Position numbers and translations under genes: made by a program. Below the pieces are notes generated by a model. That model ran no database searches, was not told where the DNA came from, and saw nothing but the letters and a program-made list of their open reading frames with translations. Source: Candidatus Hydrogenedentota bacterium (lineage in GTDB: Bacteria > Hydrogenedentota > Hydrogenedentia > Hydrogenedentales > SLHB01). From it: DNA of 64,000 nucleotides. Within the stretch, counting starts at the first letter, position 1. Each line of letters opens with the position of its first letter. Positions 43,555 through 53,355 of this stretch are shown piece by piece. The DNA lies in contig CAXXYE010000009.1 of the NCBI GenBank assembly GCA_963674865.2, forward strand, positions 160,001-224,000, written 5' to 3'.

Positions 43555-44979
43555 TCAGTAGGCTTGCGAGGCGAGGACGCGCCGCGCGGAGGGCTTCCCG
43601 CAGATGATGCACGCACCCTCCTCTTCCGGTGCGTCGAAGGGGATGCAGCGGATGGTTGAGCGCGTTTTCTCCTGAAGTTCCGTTTCGCAGGCATCCGCGC
43701 CGCACCAGTGGATGCGGAAGAACCCACCCTCCCCGACGTGCGCCTCGTAATCGGCGAATTCGTCGCAGGCCCGCGTGTTGGTATCGAGCCGATTCTTCGC
43801 GGCGGCGAAGAGATTGGCCTGGATATCTTCGAGCATAGCCTCGAGCTTTGACCGCAGGCCCTCCATGGGCATGGCCTGCTTCTCGCCGGTGTCGCGGCGC
43901 ACCACGACCACTTCATTATTCTGGCAATCTCGCGGCCCGATCTCGATGCGGATCGGCACGCCGCGCACTTCCCAGTGGGCGAACTTGTAGCCGGGCTTGT
44001 ACTGATCTCGATCGTCCACCGAGTAGAATAGCGGATCCCAATCCTGTGTCAGTTCGCGTGCGCGGCCGAGGACTAGGTCCCGCTCCTCATCGCTCCGCCA
44101 TATCGGCACGAACACAACCGGCAGCGGCGCCAGCTTCGGGGGAATCACCAGGCCGTTATCGTCGCTGTGGGACATGATCATGCCGCCGATGAGACGCGTC
44201 GAGACGCCCCAGCTCGAAGCGTACACGTACTGAAGTTCCTTGTTCTGATCCTGAAACTTCACGTCGAAGGCCTTCGCGAAATTCTGGCCCAGGTGGTGCG
44301 AGGTGCCGGACTGAAGGGCCTTGCCGTCCTGCATCATCGCCTCGATGCAGTACGTGTGCAAGGCGCCTGCGAACTTCTCCTGCTCCGTCTTCTTGCCGGC
44401 GATTACCGGCATAGCCAAGTATTCCTCGGCGAACCGCTTGTAGACCTGCACCATCTTGAACGTCTCTTCTTCAGCCTCCTCGAAGGTGGCATGGGCCGTG
44501 TGGCCCTCTTGCCAAAGAAACTCCGTCGTGCGCAGGAAAAGCCGTGTGCGCATTTCCCAGCGGCAGACGTTGGCCCACTGGTTGATGAGGATAGGAAGAT
44601 CCCGGTACGAGTTGATCCAATTCTTGTACGTGGACCAGATGATCGTTTCGGATGTGGGACGAACGACGAGCGGCTCCTCGAGCGCCTTCCCGCCCGCGTG
44701 GGTGACAACGGCGCACTCCGGCGCGAATCCCTCGACGTGCTCCGCTTCCTTCTTCAGGAAGCTCTCGGGGATGAACATGGGGAAATAGGCGTTGACGTGG
44801 CCTGTTTCCTTGAAGAGGCGATCCAGGTTGCGCTGGATATTCTCCCACACGCCGTATCCGTTCGGCTTGATGACCATACAGCCCTTGACAGGGGAGTAGT
44901 CCGCCATGTCGCCTTTCAACACAACGTCGATGTACCACTGGGCGTAGTCCCGATCGCGCTTGGTGATGCCTTTCGCCAT
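43555..44979 (-). CDS. proS: Proline--tRNA ligase (archaeal/eukaryote-like short type)
   Basis: [38 protein letters not shown], and a C-terminal Zn-binding domain (HWCG, RCIP, CIIC). Confidence 0.96.
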   Translation of the reverse strand: MAKGITKRDRDYAQWYIDVVLKGDMADYSPVKGCMVIKPNGYGVWENIQRNLDRLFKETGHVNAYFPMFIPESFLKKEAEHVEGFAPECAVVTHAGGKALEEPLVVRPTSETIIWSTYKNWINSYRDLPILINQWANVCRWEMRTRLFLRTTEFLWQEGHTAHATFEEAEEETFKMVQVYKRFAEEYLAMPVIAGKKTEQEKFAGALHTYCIEAMMQDGKALQSGTSHHLGQNFAKAFDVKFQDQNKELQYVYASSWGVSTRLIGGMIMSHSDDNGLVIPPKLAPLPVVFVPIWRSDEERDLVLGRARELTQDWDPLFYSVDDRDQYKPGYKFAHWEVRGVPIRIEIGPRDCQNNEVVVVRRDTGEKQAMPMEGLRSKLEAMLEDIQANLFAAAKNRLDTNTRACDEFADYEAHVGEGGFFRIHWCGADACETELQEKTRSTIRCIPFDAPEEEGACIICGKPSARRVLASQAY

Positions 44980-45239
44980 GTCCCCTCCCAATCACGTTCC
45001 GCAATGCAAATGACAAGGCCAGAATCTTACCACACGCCCGCGCCGGGCATAAAGACACGCGACTTAATCAGGATCGCTTCTATGCACACTTCATGTATAG
45101 GTGTCTAAGTAGTGGAGACTATCCCCCTTGGAAGCCCCTTGCGAGGCCTTCGTACCACGATGTAATGAGGAGGGTCGTGCTCTCCGAAGGTATGGAAGAC
45201 CTGCGCCAGACGCCCCGCCGCTGCAGACGCGACCTGTTC

Positions 45240-45611
45240 CTAGACGGGGACGCCTGCGATGGCCGCCGCTACGGATGAATGGCTCTCTTGTTTGAAGTAC
45301 TTCCGGAGGTGCTCGCGCTCGTCATCGCGCAGGTCGTAAAACTTCACGCCGAACGCGTTGAGGCCGTCCTCCGTGCAGTTCGTCCAACATACACGGCCCT
45401 TGCACTCCACCGATTTGGGCTCCACCTGCATGTTGAGCAAGACATGATCGCCCGTCTTCACGCACCGCTGCGTATTGAACCGGGCTCCCCCGACGCCCAC
45501 ATCCACCGTAATCGTCCCGTAGAGCGCGTGATCATCACAGAAGGAGAGCCACGCACAAATAGATTCATGATGGCGGGCGTGCTGACGCTTTTCTTCAGCC
45601 GAAAAGTCCAT
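45240..45611 (-). CDS. Stand-alone PilZ domain protein
   Basis: RQHAR (RxxxR) and DVGVGG (D/NxSxxG-like), GRVCW, GVKF. Confidence 0.82.
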   Translation of the reverse strand: MDFSAEEKRQHARHHESICAWLSFCDDHALYGTITVDVGVGGARFNTQRCVKTGDHVLLNMQVEPKSVECKGRVCWTNCTEDGLNAFGVKFYDLRDDEREHLRKYFKQESHSSVAAAIAGVPV

Positions 45612-45830
45612 GGCTCCAGTCCCAAGCACTGTACCCAAGGACACCCTTCCCCAGAGTGCACCAGCCCAGGCGCACCTATATTATACACTAAGAACAGGCG
45701 AAGTTGCTGGGGATTTCCCGTTTTTCACTAGTTCTTGCTCCTAGAGACTGCCTCGAAACAAGCCAAACCATTGGACGGAGACGGCTTGGGAGGGAACGTG
45801 CCCGTTCTGCAAGTGCACGACTGACTCCGC

Positions 45831-46859
45831 TTAGAACAGCCGATCCTGGTCGGGCCTGGAGAGCTCAAGCCCTAAGTGCTTGTACGCCAAAGGAGTAGCA
45901 ACCCTCCCTTGAGAAGTCCGCTTCAGAAAGCCCATCTGAATCAGATAGGGCTCGTGGACTTCCTCGAGCGTCTTGGCCTCTTCCCCGATGGCGACCGCCA
46001 GTGACGAAAGGCCCACCGGCCCGCCGCTGAACTTGGTGACAATCGTGTCCACGATGCCGCGATCCATATCGTCGAGGCCGAGCTCGTCGATACGCAAGAG
46101 CTGCAACGCCGCATCCGCGCTCCCGCGGGAGATCGTCCCGTCTCCCTTAACCTGCGCGTAATCGCGCACGCGCCGGAGCAGGCGATTCGCCACGCGGGCG
46201 GTTCCCCGCGAACGCCCGGCGATTTCGAGGGCGCCCTCCTGATCGACCGGTACATTAAGAATCCGCGCCGAGCGCATCACAATTGTCTCGAGCTCCTCCG
46301 GAGAATAGAACTCGAACCGGCAGGTATCCCCGAACCGGGCACGCAGGGGCGGCGTGAGCAGGCCCGCCCGCGTCGTGGCCCCGATCAGCGTGAAGGGTTT
46401 CAGGCCGATCTTCATGGAGCGCGCCGTCGGCCCCTTCCCGAGCATGATATCGACTTCGAAGTCCTCCATGGCGGCGTACATAGTTTCCTCGACGGCATGA
46501 TTCAGACGATGAATCTCATCGATGAAGAGGACGTCGAACTCTTCGAGGCCTGTGAGAATGGCCGAAAGATCGGCCTGGCGCTCGATCACGGGCCCGGAGG
46601 TCGCCTTGAAGTCCACGCCCATTTCATTGGCGAGGATACGGGCCAAGGTGGTCTTCCCGAGGCCGGGGGGGCCGCATAGCAGCAGGTGATCCAACGGCTC
46701 GTGCCGGCCGCGCGCCGCCTCGATGGCAATGCGCAACTTCTCCTTAATCGGCTCCTGGCCGGGAAAATCGTCCAGCCGCTGCGGCCGTAATTGATCGTCA
46801 TACTCGCGATCATCCCCAGTCGGCCCGGCGCTTATCACTTCTTTATCCGGCATCATCAC
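45831..46859 (-). CDS. ruvB: Holliday junction branch migration helicase RuvB
   Basis: [33 protein letters not shown]. Confidence 0.97.
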   Translation of the reverse strand: MMMPDKEVISAGPTGDDREYDDQLRPQRLDDFPGQEPIKEKLRIAIEAARGRHEPLDHLLLCGPPGLGKTTLARILANEMGVDFKATSGPVIERQADLSAILTGLEEFDVLFIDEIHRLNHAVEETMYAAMEDFEVDIMLGKGPTARSMKIGLKPFTLIGATTRAGLLTPPLRARFGDTCRFEFYSPEELETIVMRSARILNVPVDQEGALEIAGRSRGTARVANRLLRRVRDYAQVKGDGTISRGSADAALQLLRIDELGLDDMDRGIVDTIVTKFSGGPVGLSSLAVAIGEEAKTLEEVHEPYLIQMGFLKRTSQGRVATPLAYKHLGLELSRPDQDRLF

Positions 46860-47458
46860 ACCTTCGCCATCGAACGCAGCGCCCGGCGAACGACTTCTTC
46901 GTCGGGGGCGCCCTCACCAAGTTCTTTCCGGGCCGCGGCCGCGGCCTTCCGGGCCTCGTTCAGCGAGCAACCCAACGAACATAGCGCCGCAATGACGTCA
47001 TCCGTATCCGGCGTCTTTGCATCCTCCGGCTCGCCAAGAAGGACACTGAGCTCGGTGTCCTGGCCCAGCTTCGCCTTCATTTCCAGGATAATCCGCTGGC
47101 CCGTCTTCTTGCCTACGCCGCCTACCTTGGTGAACGCCGTAACGTCATTGTCCAGCACCGCCCGGGCGAAATCCGACGTCCCCATGGCCGACAGGATGGC
47201 CAGCGCCACCTTCGGCCCGATGCCGGAGATACTCAAGAGCGTCCGAAACAACGCCCGCTCCTCCTCGCGGAGAAATCCGTAAATCTGGAACGCGTCCTCA
47301 CGAATGTGGCAGTGCGTAAGGAGCGTCACCGTTTGCTCGGGAGCGACGCGGCGCTGTACCGACGCGGGCACCCACACCAGGTAGCCAACGCCGCCGACAT
47401 CCAACTCAATGTAGTCCACGGCCTTTTTCGCGACCGCACCTCGAAGAAAGGCAAACAT
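46856..47458 (-). CDS. ruvA: Holliday junction branch migration protein RuvA
   Basis: [37 protein letters not shown]. Confidence 0.95.
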   Translation of the reverse strand: MFAFLRGAVAKKAVDYIELDVGGVGYLVWVPASVQRRVAPEQTVTLLTHCHIREDAFQIYGFLREEERALFRTLLSISGIGPKVALAILSAMGTSDFARAVLDNDVTAFTKVGGVGKKTGQRIILEMKAKLGQDTELSVLLGEPEDAKTPDTDDVIAALCSLGCSLNEARKAAAAARKELGEGAPDEEVVRRALRSMAKV

Positions 47459-47560
47459 CGTCTCAGGATTCCCCGCCGAAGAGGTCCATACCAAAAAGAA
47501 GCATGAGCAATACTCGTGGATTGACAACCGGGAATTCAAGCGCCGACAAGAGCAGAGCGC

Positions 47561-48526
47561 TCAGAAGAGTTCCTCCTGGCTTGCCCGCGCCGGTGAAGGC
47601 GCCGTTGCCCAGAGCTGTTCCAGAACTTCGCCTTCGAGCGATGTGCCATCCACTGTCACTGCACCGAGGCGGCCTAATTCTTCCGCGGGTGAAGAATGCG
47701 ACGTTGCGCCGTAGTACACGGCCACACGCTTCCCCTGATCGAGACCGGCGCGCGCCGTCCGTATGCTGCCGCCGCGTTTCTTCGGCTCAAAAACACACAC
47801 CATGCGCGACAGGCCGCTGATAGTGGCGTTACGCACGACGGCGGCGTGGGCCGCCCACGAGGCGTCAGGCAGGAACTCGCTCACCAAAACGCCTCTACCC
47901 GCTTCGACGGCCTTCCGGAGGAAACGGGGCGCGTGATAGGTGAACAGACCCTGAGGTAGCACGGCTACCGTCGGCCCATCCGCCCGCACGGCCGCCCGGT
48001 GCGCCGCCGTGTCAACGCCGTGGGCCGCGCCGCTCACAACGGTAACGCGCTGACGAGCGAAAGCCGTCGCACACGAGTCGGCCAACTTAGCGCCGCGTCT
48101 TGACACCAGCCGCGCTCCGACAATGGCCACGGCATCGCCGTGGAGCAATCCGGCATTCCCCTGTACGAACAAAAGCACGGGCGCGGAACTCCCGAGCGAG
48201 GTACGAAGCCTGTTCGGATAATCCTCGTCGTTCACGAAAAGCACTTGCAGCCCCTGTCTTTGGGCGTGACTCAGTATCAGCTCGGCCCGCTGCCGCAAAG
48301 CGTTTCCGCACCGCCCCACCTGCGACGCCAATCCAGCCGGAAGAGCAGCGGCCCGCTCCCGGGGCGACATCGCCAGGAGTGCATCCAGACTCCGCCCACT
48401 CGCCTTCGCTGCGGACAGCGCTCTATGAACGGACACGTAACCCAGCCCCGGAGTCATCAATAACGCGAGGGCGGGCACCGTGTCATTCTCGGCGGCTCTC
48501 AATCGGTTTGTGCTCTTTGGCCCCAT
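47561..48526 (-). CDS. dprA: DNA-processing protein DprA
   Basis: DYP..L, VAIVGAR, VVSGAAHGVDTAAH, LVSEF, RN..ISGLS, GGS. Confidence 0.88.
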   Translation of the reverse strand: MGPKSTNRLRAAENDTVPALALLMTPGLGYVSVHRALSAAKASGRSLDALLAMSPRERAAALPAGLASQVGRCGNALRQRAELILSHAQRQGLQVLFVNDEDYPNRLRTSLGSSAPVLLFVQGNAGLLHGDAVAIVGARLVSRRGAKLADSCATAFARQRVTVVSGAAHGVDTAAHRAAVRADGPTVAVLPQGLFTYHAPRFLRKAVEAGRGVLVSEFLPDASWAAHAAVVRNATISGLSRMVCVFEPKKRGGSIRTARAGLDQGKRVAVYYGATSHSSPAEELGRLGAVTVDGTSLEGEVLEQLWATAPSPARASQEELF

Positions 48527-48585
48527 ACCGGCTGCATGATACCATGAGGCCGCACGTTGTCATGATCGACGCCACAAGATTCGGC

Positions 48586-49911
48586 ATGCGTTTGGGGACG
48601 TTTTTCTTGGCCACTTTTCCGAGCGAGTTTCTATGGGGGGCAAGTCTCTCCGCACACCAGGTGGAAGGCGGCAACTTCTTCAACGACTGGTGGCGCTGGG
48701 AGCAGCGGCCGGGGCGTGTTGAGAAAAGCGCCAGCGCCGAACGAGCGGCGGATCACTACGCGCGGTTCCAGGCGGACTTCGATCTCGCGCGCAAGTTGGG
48801 CCACAAGGCACATCTCTTCTCCGTCGAATGGAGCCGTGTTGAGCCGGAGCAGGGCCGGTTTGACGACAACGCCTTGGCCCACTATGCCGACGTTGTTGAC
48901 GCCCTCCGCGTGCGCGAAATCGAACCCGTCTGCGTTCTCCAGCACGTCACGCTTCCCACCTGGTGTGCCGATAACTACGGGTGGCGCCATGCCCATGCGC
49001 CTCGCTTCTTCGAGAGGTATGCACAACACGTCGTCGACGCGTTCCAGGGCAAGTGTCGCTGGTGGATACCGCTGCAAGAGCCGGTGCATACGCTCTTGAT
49101 GGGCCACGGGGAGCGCCTATGGCCCCCGGGCAAGGCGCGTCCGCTGGGACTCGTGCGCGCTCTCAGAAACATGATCCTCGCCCACGTCAACGCCTACCGC
49201 GTTATCCACAACTCCTGCCCCGGAGCGAGCGTCGGCCCGGCGATCTGCGCGCGCATCTGCCGGCCCCTTGAGGCCGAAAGCTCGTGGGATCTTCGGACGG
49301 CACGGCACGAGGAGTTCTGGTTCAACAACGTCTTCCTCGACGCCGTTAATGACGGCCGCTGGCCATTTCATCCACGGCATCTTCCCGAGGCGGCGGAAAC
49401 AGCCGACTTTGTGGGGCTGGCCTATTTCGGCAGGCAAACCCTCTGCTTCGACCCGACACGGCCAACGCGTCTGTTTGGACGGACCACCACATCTGATGGT
49501 ACTCCCGCGCCCGCCTGGCACTTTGACAACTATCCGCAAGGCATGGCGAAGCTCATCCACGGCGCACAACGCTATGGTAAACCCATCATCATCACGGCGA
49601 ACGGCCTGGCGACTAACGACGACGTGGAACGGTGCGCGTACCTTCTCGACCACATTGGTGTGCTTGCCCGTTGTATGGAGGATGGAGTCGATGTGCGTGG
49701 CTATTTCCACCGTGCCCTTTTGGACGGCTTCGAATGGAACCGCGGGTACTCCGCTCGGTATGGTTTGATTCACGTAGACTGGGACAGCCTCGTACGAACT
49801 CCCAACGGCAGCGCGTACCTGTACAAAGATGCCTGCGAATCATGCACCTTTCCGCCACGGACGGCGGAGCGTTACGTCCCAGACTGGCACGAAGACACGC
49901 TAGAGGAATAA
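48586..49911 (+). CDS. Glycoside hydrolase family 1 homolog lacking the catalytic nucleophile Glu
   Basis: FPSEFLWG..SAHQVEG, DHY, FSVEWSRVEP, HVTLP, QEP, ITANG, FEW..GY..RYGL. The start could be 48544, 48562 or 48607. Confidence 0.88.
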   Translation: MRLGTFFLATFPSEFLWGASLSAHQVEGGNFFNDWWRWEQRPGRVEKSASAERAADHYARFQADFDLARKLGHKAHLFSVEWSRVEPEQGRFDDNALAHYADVVDALRVREIEPVCVLQHVTLPTWCADNYGWRHAHAPRFFERYAQHVVDAFQGKCRWWIPLQEPVHTLLMGHGERLWPPGKARPLGLVRALRNMILAHVNAYRVIHNSCPGASVGPAICARICRPLEAESSWDLRTARHEEFWFNNVFLDAVNDGRWPFHPRHLPEAAETADFVGLAYFGRQTLCFDPTRPTRLFGRTTTSDGTPAPAWHFDNYPQGMAKLIHGAQRYGKPIIITANGLATNDDVERCAYLLDHIGVLARCMEDGVDVRGYFHRALLDGFEWNRGYSARYGLIHVDWDSLVRTPNGSAYLYKDACESCTFPPRTAERYVPDWHEDTLEE

Positions 49912-49913
49912 CC

Positions 49914-51749
49914 ATGGCCTATGTCCTCGCCATCGATTGCGGCGCCACGAAGACCCTCCTGGGCCTTTACCGCGACGACGGCACACTCTTAGCAGAACGC
50001 GTCGCCGGGCCGTCCAATCCTGTGACGTGCGGTTTTGACGCGTGCATCGCCACGCTCGCCGCCGAGGCGCGCGCTATGCTGCCCGGCCCTCAGGCGAATC
50101 TATCCGCCGTGGGCGCCGCCGTGGCGGGCACGGGCACGGACAGGTTGCGAGAAGCCGTGGCCGGCGCACTCTGCGAGGCCCTTTCCGCCGAGCGGGCCGT
50201 GGTAACGGACGATATGCGGGCGCTCCTCATTGCGAACGCCGGCCAGGGAGCTGCCCTGGTCGTTCTCGCAGGCACCGGCTCAGGCGTGTCGGCTCAGGAC
50301 GCGTCCGGCAACTACCTTCACATCGGCGGACGAGGCGTACATGTCGGCGACGAAGGAAGCTCATACCAACTTGGTATAGCGGCCCTTCGCGCTGCCGCCC
50401 ATGCCATCGATGGCACCGGCCCGGCGACGGCGCTTGTGGCTGCGCTGACGGCCGCCGCAGGCCAAAGCGATTTCTGCCACGTCCCTCTTTGGGCGGCGGG
50501 AGCCGGCAAGCAGGACATAGCGCAACTCGCACGGACCGTCACCTCCGCGGCAGAGAGGGGCGATGCCGTCGCCATGGCCTGCGTCCAGGATCAGGCTCGC
50601 CTGTTGGCGGAGCAGGCCCACGTTGCGTATACGCGGCTGCAATTGCCTCCAGATACGCCGATATATTTGTTCGGCGGCATGATCGAAGGCGCCCCGATCT
50701 ACCGGGACGCGTTCCGGCATGCCCTCGACGCGCTTGTGCCTGGGAATCGCCCTGCTCAACCTGAGCAGCTGGGCCATGCTGCTGCATTCGCCCTAACCCA
50801 ACTCGCGGAACTGCCCTCGGAGGTCGTCTCGCACCGAGCGCCCGAGCGCCGAAGCGTCGTTGTCCCGCCCACCGAGCGCCGCGCCGCGAAGGCACGACCT
50901 CTCGATGCGTTGACGCCGGGTGAGACGGTCGAGGCCATGAACCGCGCGGATAAACAGGCCGTCGCTGCCGTAGCCGCCCAGAAGGATGCGGTTGCGGCGG
51001 CTATAGCCGCTGCGGCAGCAGCCCTGAAATGCGGCGGACGGATCATCTACATCGGTGCGGGCACAAGTGGTCGCCTTGGCGTCCTCGATGCGTCGGAATG
51101 CCCGCCCACTTTCGGCGTGTCGCCCGATAGGGTCGTGGGGATTATTGCCGGCGGCGACCGCGCGTTGCGCCGGGCCGGTGAGGCAGCCGAGGATAGCGCA
51201 CCACAAGGCGCCGCCGACCTTCAGGCGGCTTGCCCGGACCTCGGCCCCAATGACTTCGTCTTGGGGATAGCGGCTTCGGGCACCACTCCGTACACCTTGG
51301 GGGCTCTCGCCGAGGCCCGCCGGGCGAACGCGACTACCGCCCTTCTCTGCTGCAATCCCGGCGCGCCGGCGGATGTAGACATTCCGATTCGCCTCGACAC
51401 AGGGCCGGAGGTCTTGACTGGTTCGACGCGCCTCAAGGCGGGCACCGCCACGAAGCTCGTGCTGAACGCAATTTCCACCGGCGCCATGGCCCAGGCAGGA
51501 TACGTCTTCGAAGGCCTGATGGTCGGCCTCAACGCTGCGAATGCGAAGTTGCGCGCACGCGCGGCGCGGATCGTCGCGGCCCTCACCGACAGCAATGAAG
51601 GCGACGCGGACGCCTTACTGACGCGGGCGGGAGGAAGCATACCTGCCGCAGTACTCATGGCCAGGCATTCGCTCTCGCCTGAGGAAGCACTCAGGCGCAT
51701 CGACGAGGCAGGAGGTTCTCTGCGAATTGCACTTCAAGATCCATCATAG
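49914..51749 (+). CDS. murQ: BadF/BadG-type N-acetylhexosamine kinase fused to MurNAc-6-phosphate etherase
   Basis: N-half has IDCGATKT, AGTGSG and GDEGS. C-half has TERR, GAGTSGRLGVLDASECPPTFG, GIAASGTTPY and GPEVLTGSTRLKAGTATK. Confidence 0.9.
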   Translation: MAYVLAIDCGATKTLLGLYRDDGTLLAERVAGPSNPVTCGFDACIATLAAEARAMLPGPQANLSAVGAAVAGTGTDRLREAVAGALCEALSAERAVVTDDMRALLIANAGQGAALVVLAGTGSGVSAQDASGNYLHIGGRGVHVGDEGSSYQLGIAALRAAAHAIDGTGPATALVAALTAAAGQSDFCHVPLWAAGAGKQDIAQLARTVTSAAERGDAVAMACVQDQARLLAEQAHVAYTRLQLPPDTPIYLFGGMIEGAPIYRDAFRHALDALVPGNRPAQPEQLGHAAAFALTQLAELPSEVVSHRAPERRSVVVPPTERRAAKARPLDALTPGETVEAMNRADKQAVAAVAAQKDAVAAAIAAAAAALKCGGRIIYIGAGTSGRLGVLDASECPPTFGVSPDRVVGIIAGGDRALRRAGEAAEDSAPQGAADLQAACPDLGPNDFVLGIAASGTTPYTLGALAEARRANATTALLCCNPGAPADVDIPIRLDTGPEVLTGSTRLKAGTATKLVLNAISTGAMAQAGYVFEGLMVGLNAANAKLRARAARIVAALTDSNEGDADALLTRAGGSIPAAVLMARHSLSPEEALRRIDEAGGSLRIALQDPS

Positions 51750-53355
51750 ATTCACGAGGCCCATCGCCTGCATTCTGATGGCCCTACTCGCGGCCTGCGC
51801 TGCGGCGGCGCCCCGAAACGCACGGCCTGCGAAGGAGGACAGACAAGAAGATCTTACCGTGCGCGTACTCCTCGTCGATGACCAGCCCACCGCGTCGCTC
51901 ACTTCCACTGTGGACCTGCATATCCAGGACGGCGGCCCGGCGCGCCGGCTCCCCCCGGGCACGTGGATACTCACTATCCAAGATGCCACGCCACCCGCGC
52001 AGAGGTTTCACTTGTTCGCCAAGACCTTCCCCCTGGCTGAAAGAGCGGCCGCACAGGCCTACGTGCGGGAGTGGCAAGAAAAAGGCATGACACCGGAAAT
52101 CGTGTCTTTTGGAAAGCGTCTCCAGGCCGGTGACAAACGGTTTCTCGACAACCGTGTGCTCTGGATATCGCTCATTCAGTGCAAGACCTTGTCCGACGCC
52201 GAACAGCAGCGCAAGGACCTTGAGAAGCAAAGCGTCTGGCCATGGATCCAGGCAGAGACCGTTGAACCTGGGAAAGGCACATTGGTAATCGAGGACAAAT
52301 CGGCCCAACCGGCGCTTGAGATGAGTCTCCCCGCGCACATCCACTCCGACACCCCCCTTGTCATCGGCGGGGGAGACTACGGCTTCTGGCAAGAGCGCCG
52401 GGAAGACCGTACCTACAACGGGCCCTTTCAAGTAAGCGTCGGCAGCCATGGCAGGCTTACGGTGATTGAGACCGCCGACATTGAGACATACCTCTGCGGC
52501 GTTCTTCCCGCCGAGATGCCCCCGGGATGGCCCATCGAGGCCCTGAAGGCACAGGCCGTCGCCGCCCGCAGCGAGGTCCTCGCCGGAATGAACGGCCGCT
52601 ATGCCCTCGAAGGTTTTGACTACTGGGCCACGGAACGGTCGCGGGCGTACCTCGGCGCCGGGGGCAGGCACCCCGCCACGGACACGGCCGTACAAGCAAC
52701 GGCAGGCCAAGTCCTTACCGATGGGTCCAGAATCGTGCCCGCTGTATTCTCAGCCACGTGCGGTGGATGGACGGAGGATAACGACACGGTCTGGTCCGGG
52801 CCTCCCGACGCCCAGCTTCGCGCCGTGAGCGATGTAGTGGTGAGCGGAGACAACCCCGCGCACAAGCCGCAGGAGCAGGGCCTGGCCAATTGGCTTCTAC
52901 GCCCACCCAAGGCGCATTGCAGCGGCGATACAACCTACTTTCGCTGGCGCAAAACCCTTTCCCAGAAAGAACTTACAGCTTCCGTTAACAAGCGCCACCG
53001 CGTCGGCCAAGTCCGCGATATCCGTCTCGGCGACCGCGGCCCGGGAGGTCGGCTCAAGTGGGTGCGCGTCATCGGCAGCGAAGACTCCGTCGTTATTCGT
53101 AAGGAACTCCCCATCCGACTTGCATTTAATGGCCTTCCCAGTGCAATGTTTATAGTGGACTGCGGCAAAGGAGGCGATGGTCAAACCCGATTCACCTTCA
53201 TCGGTGGAGGACGAGGCCACGGTGTAGGCCTCTGTCAGTATGGCGCCCGCGGGATGGCTGCGCAAGGGGCGTCATACAACAGCATTCTGCGGCATTACTT
53301 CACGGCGGCCCGAATCGAGAGGGTGCTTATCCATGGACCTGACAGCAATCCCTAG
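51727..53355 (+). CDS. SpoIID/LytB-family lytic transglycosylase, probably exported
   Basis: YLCGVLPAEM (catalytic Glu), EALKAQAVAARS, FSATCGGWTE, GHGVGLCQYGA, ILRHYF. The start is uncertain (51727 or 51778). Confidence 0.88.
   Translation: MHFKIHHRFTRPIACILMALLAACAAAAPRNARPAKEDRQEDLTVRVLLVDDQPTASLTSTVDLHIQDGGPARRLPPGTWILTIQDATPPAQRFHLFAKTFPLAERAAAQAYVREWQEKGMTPEIVSFGKRLQAGDKRFLDNRVLWISLIQCKTLSDAEQQRKDLEKQSVWPWIQAETVEPGKGTLVIEDKSAQPALEMSLPAHIHSDTPLVIGGGDYGFWQERREDRTYNGPFQVSVGSHGRLTVIETADIETYLCGVLPAEMPPGWPIEALKAQAVAARSEVLAGMNGRYALEGFDYWATERSRAYLGAGGRHPATDTAVQATAGQVLTDGSRIVPAVFSATCGGWTEDNDTVWSGPPDAQLRAVSDVVVSGDNPAHKPQEQGLANWLLRPPKAHCSGDTTYFRWRKTLSQKELTASVNKRHRVGQVRDIRLGDRGPGGRLKWVRVIGSEDSVVIRKELPIRLAFNGLPSAMFIVDCGKGGDGQTRFTFIGGGRGHGVGLCQYGARGMAAQGASYNSILRHYFTAARIERVLIHGPDSNP

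Noticed and set aside
44992..45240. T-box or other leader RNA upstream of proS
   Set aside because: Some hairpin potential, but no T-box consensus or terminator was recognisable.
48100..48585. N-terminal extension of the 603-aa GH1 ORF, and likewise 49632-49913 of the kinase-MurQ ORF
   Set aside because: They overlap dprA or GH1, and homology starts only at the downstream start codons.
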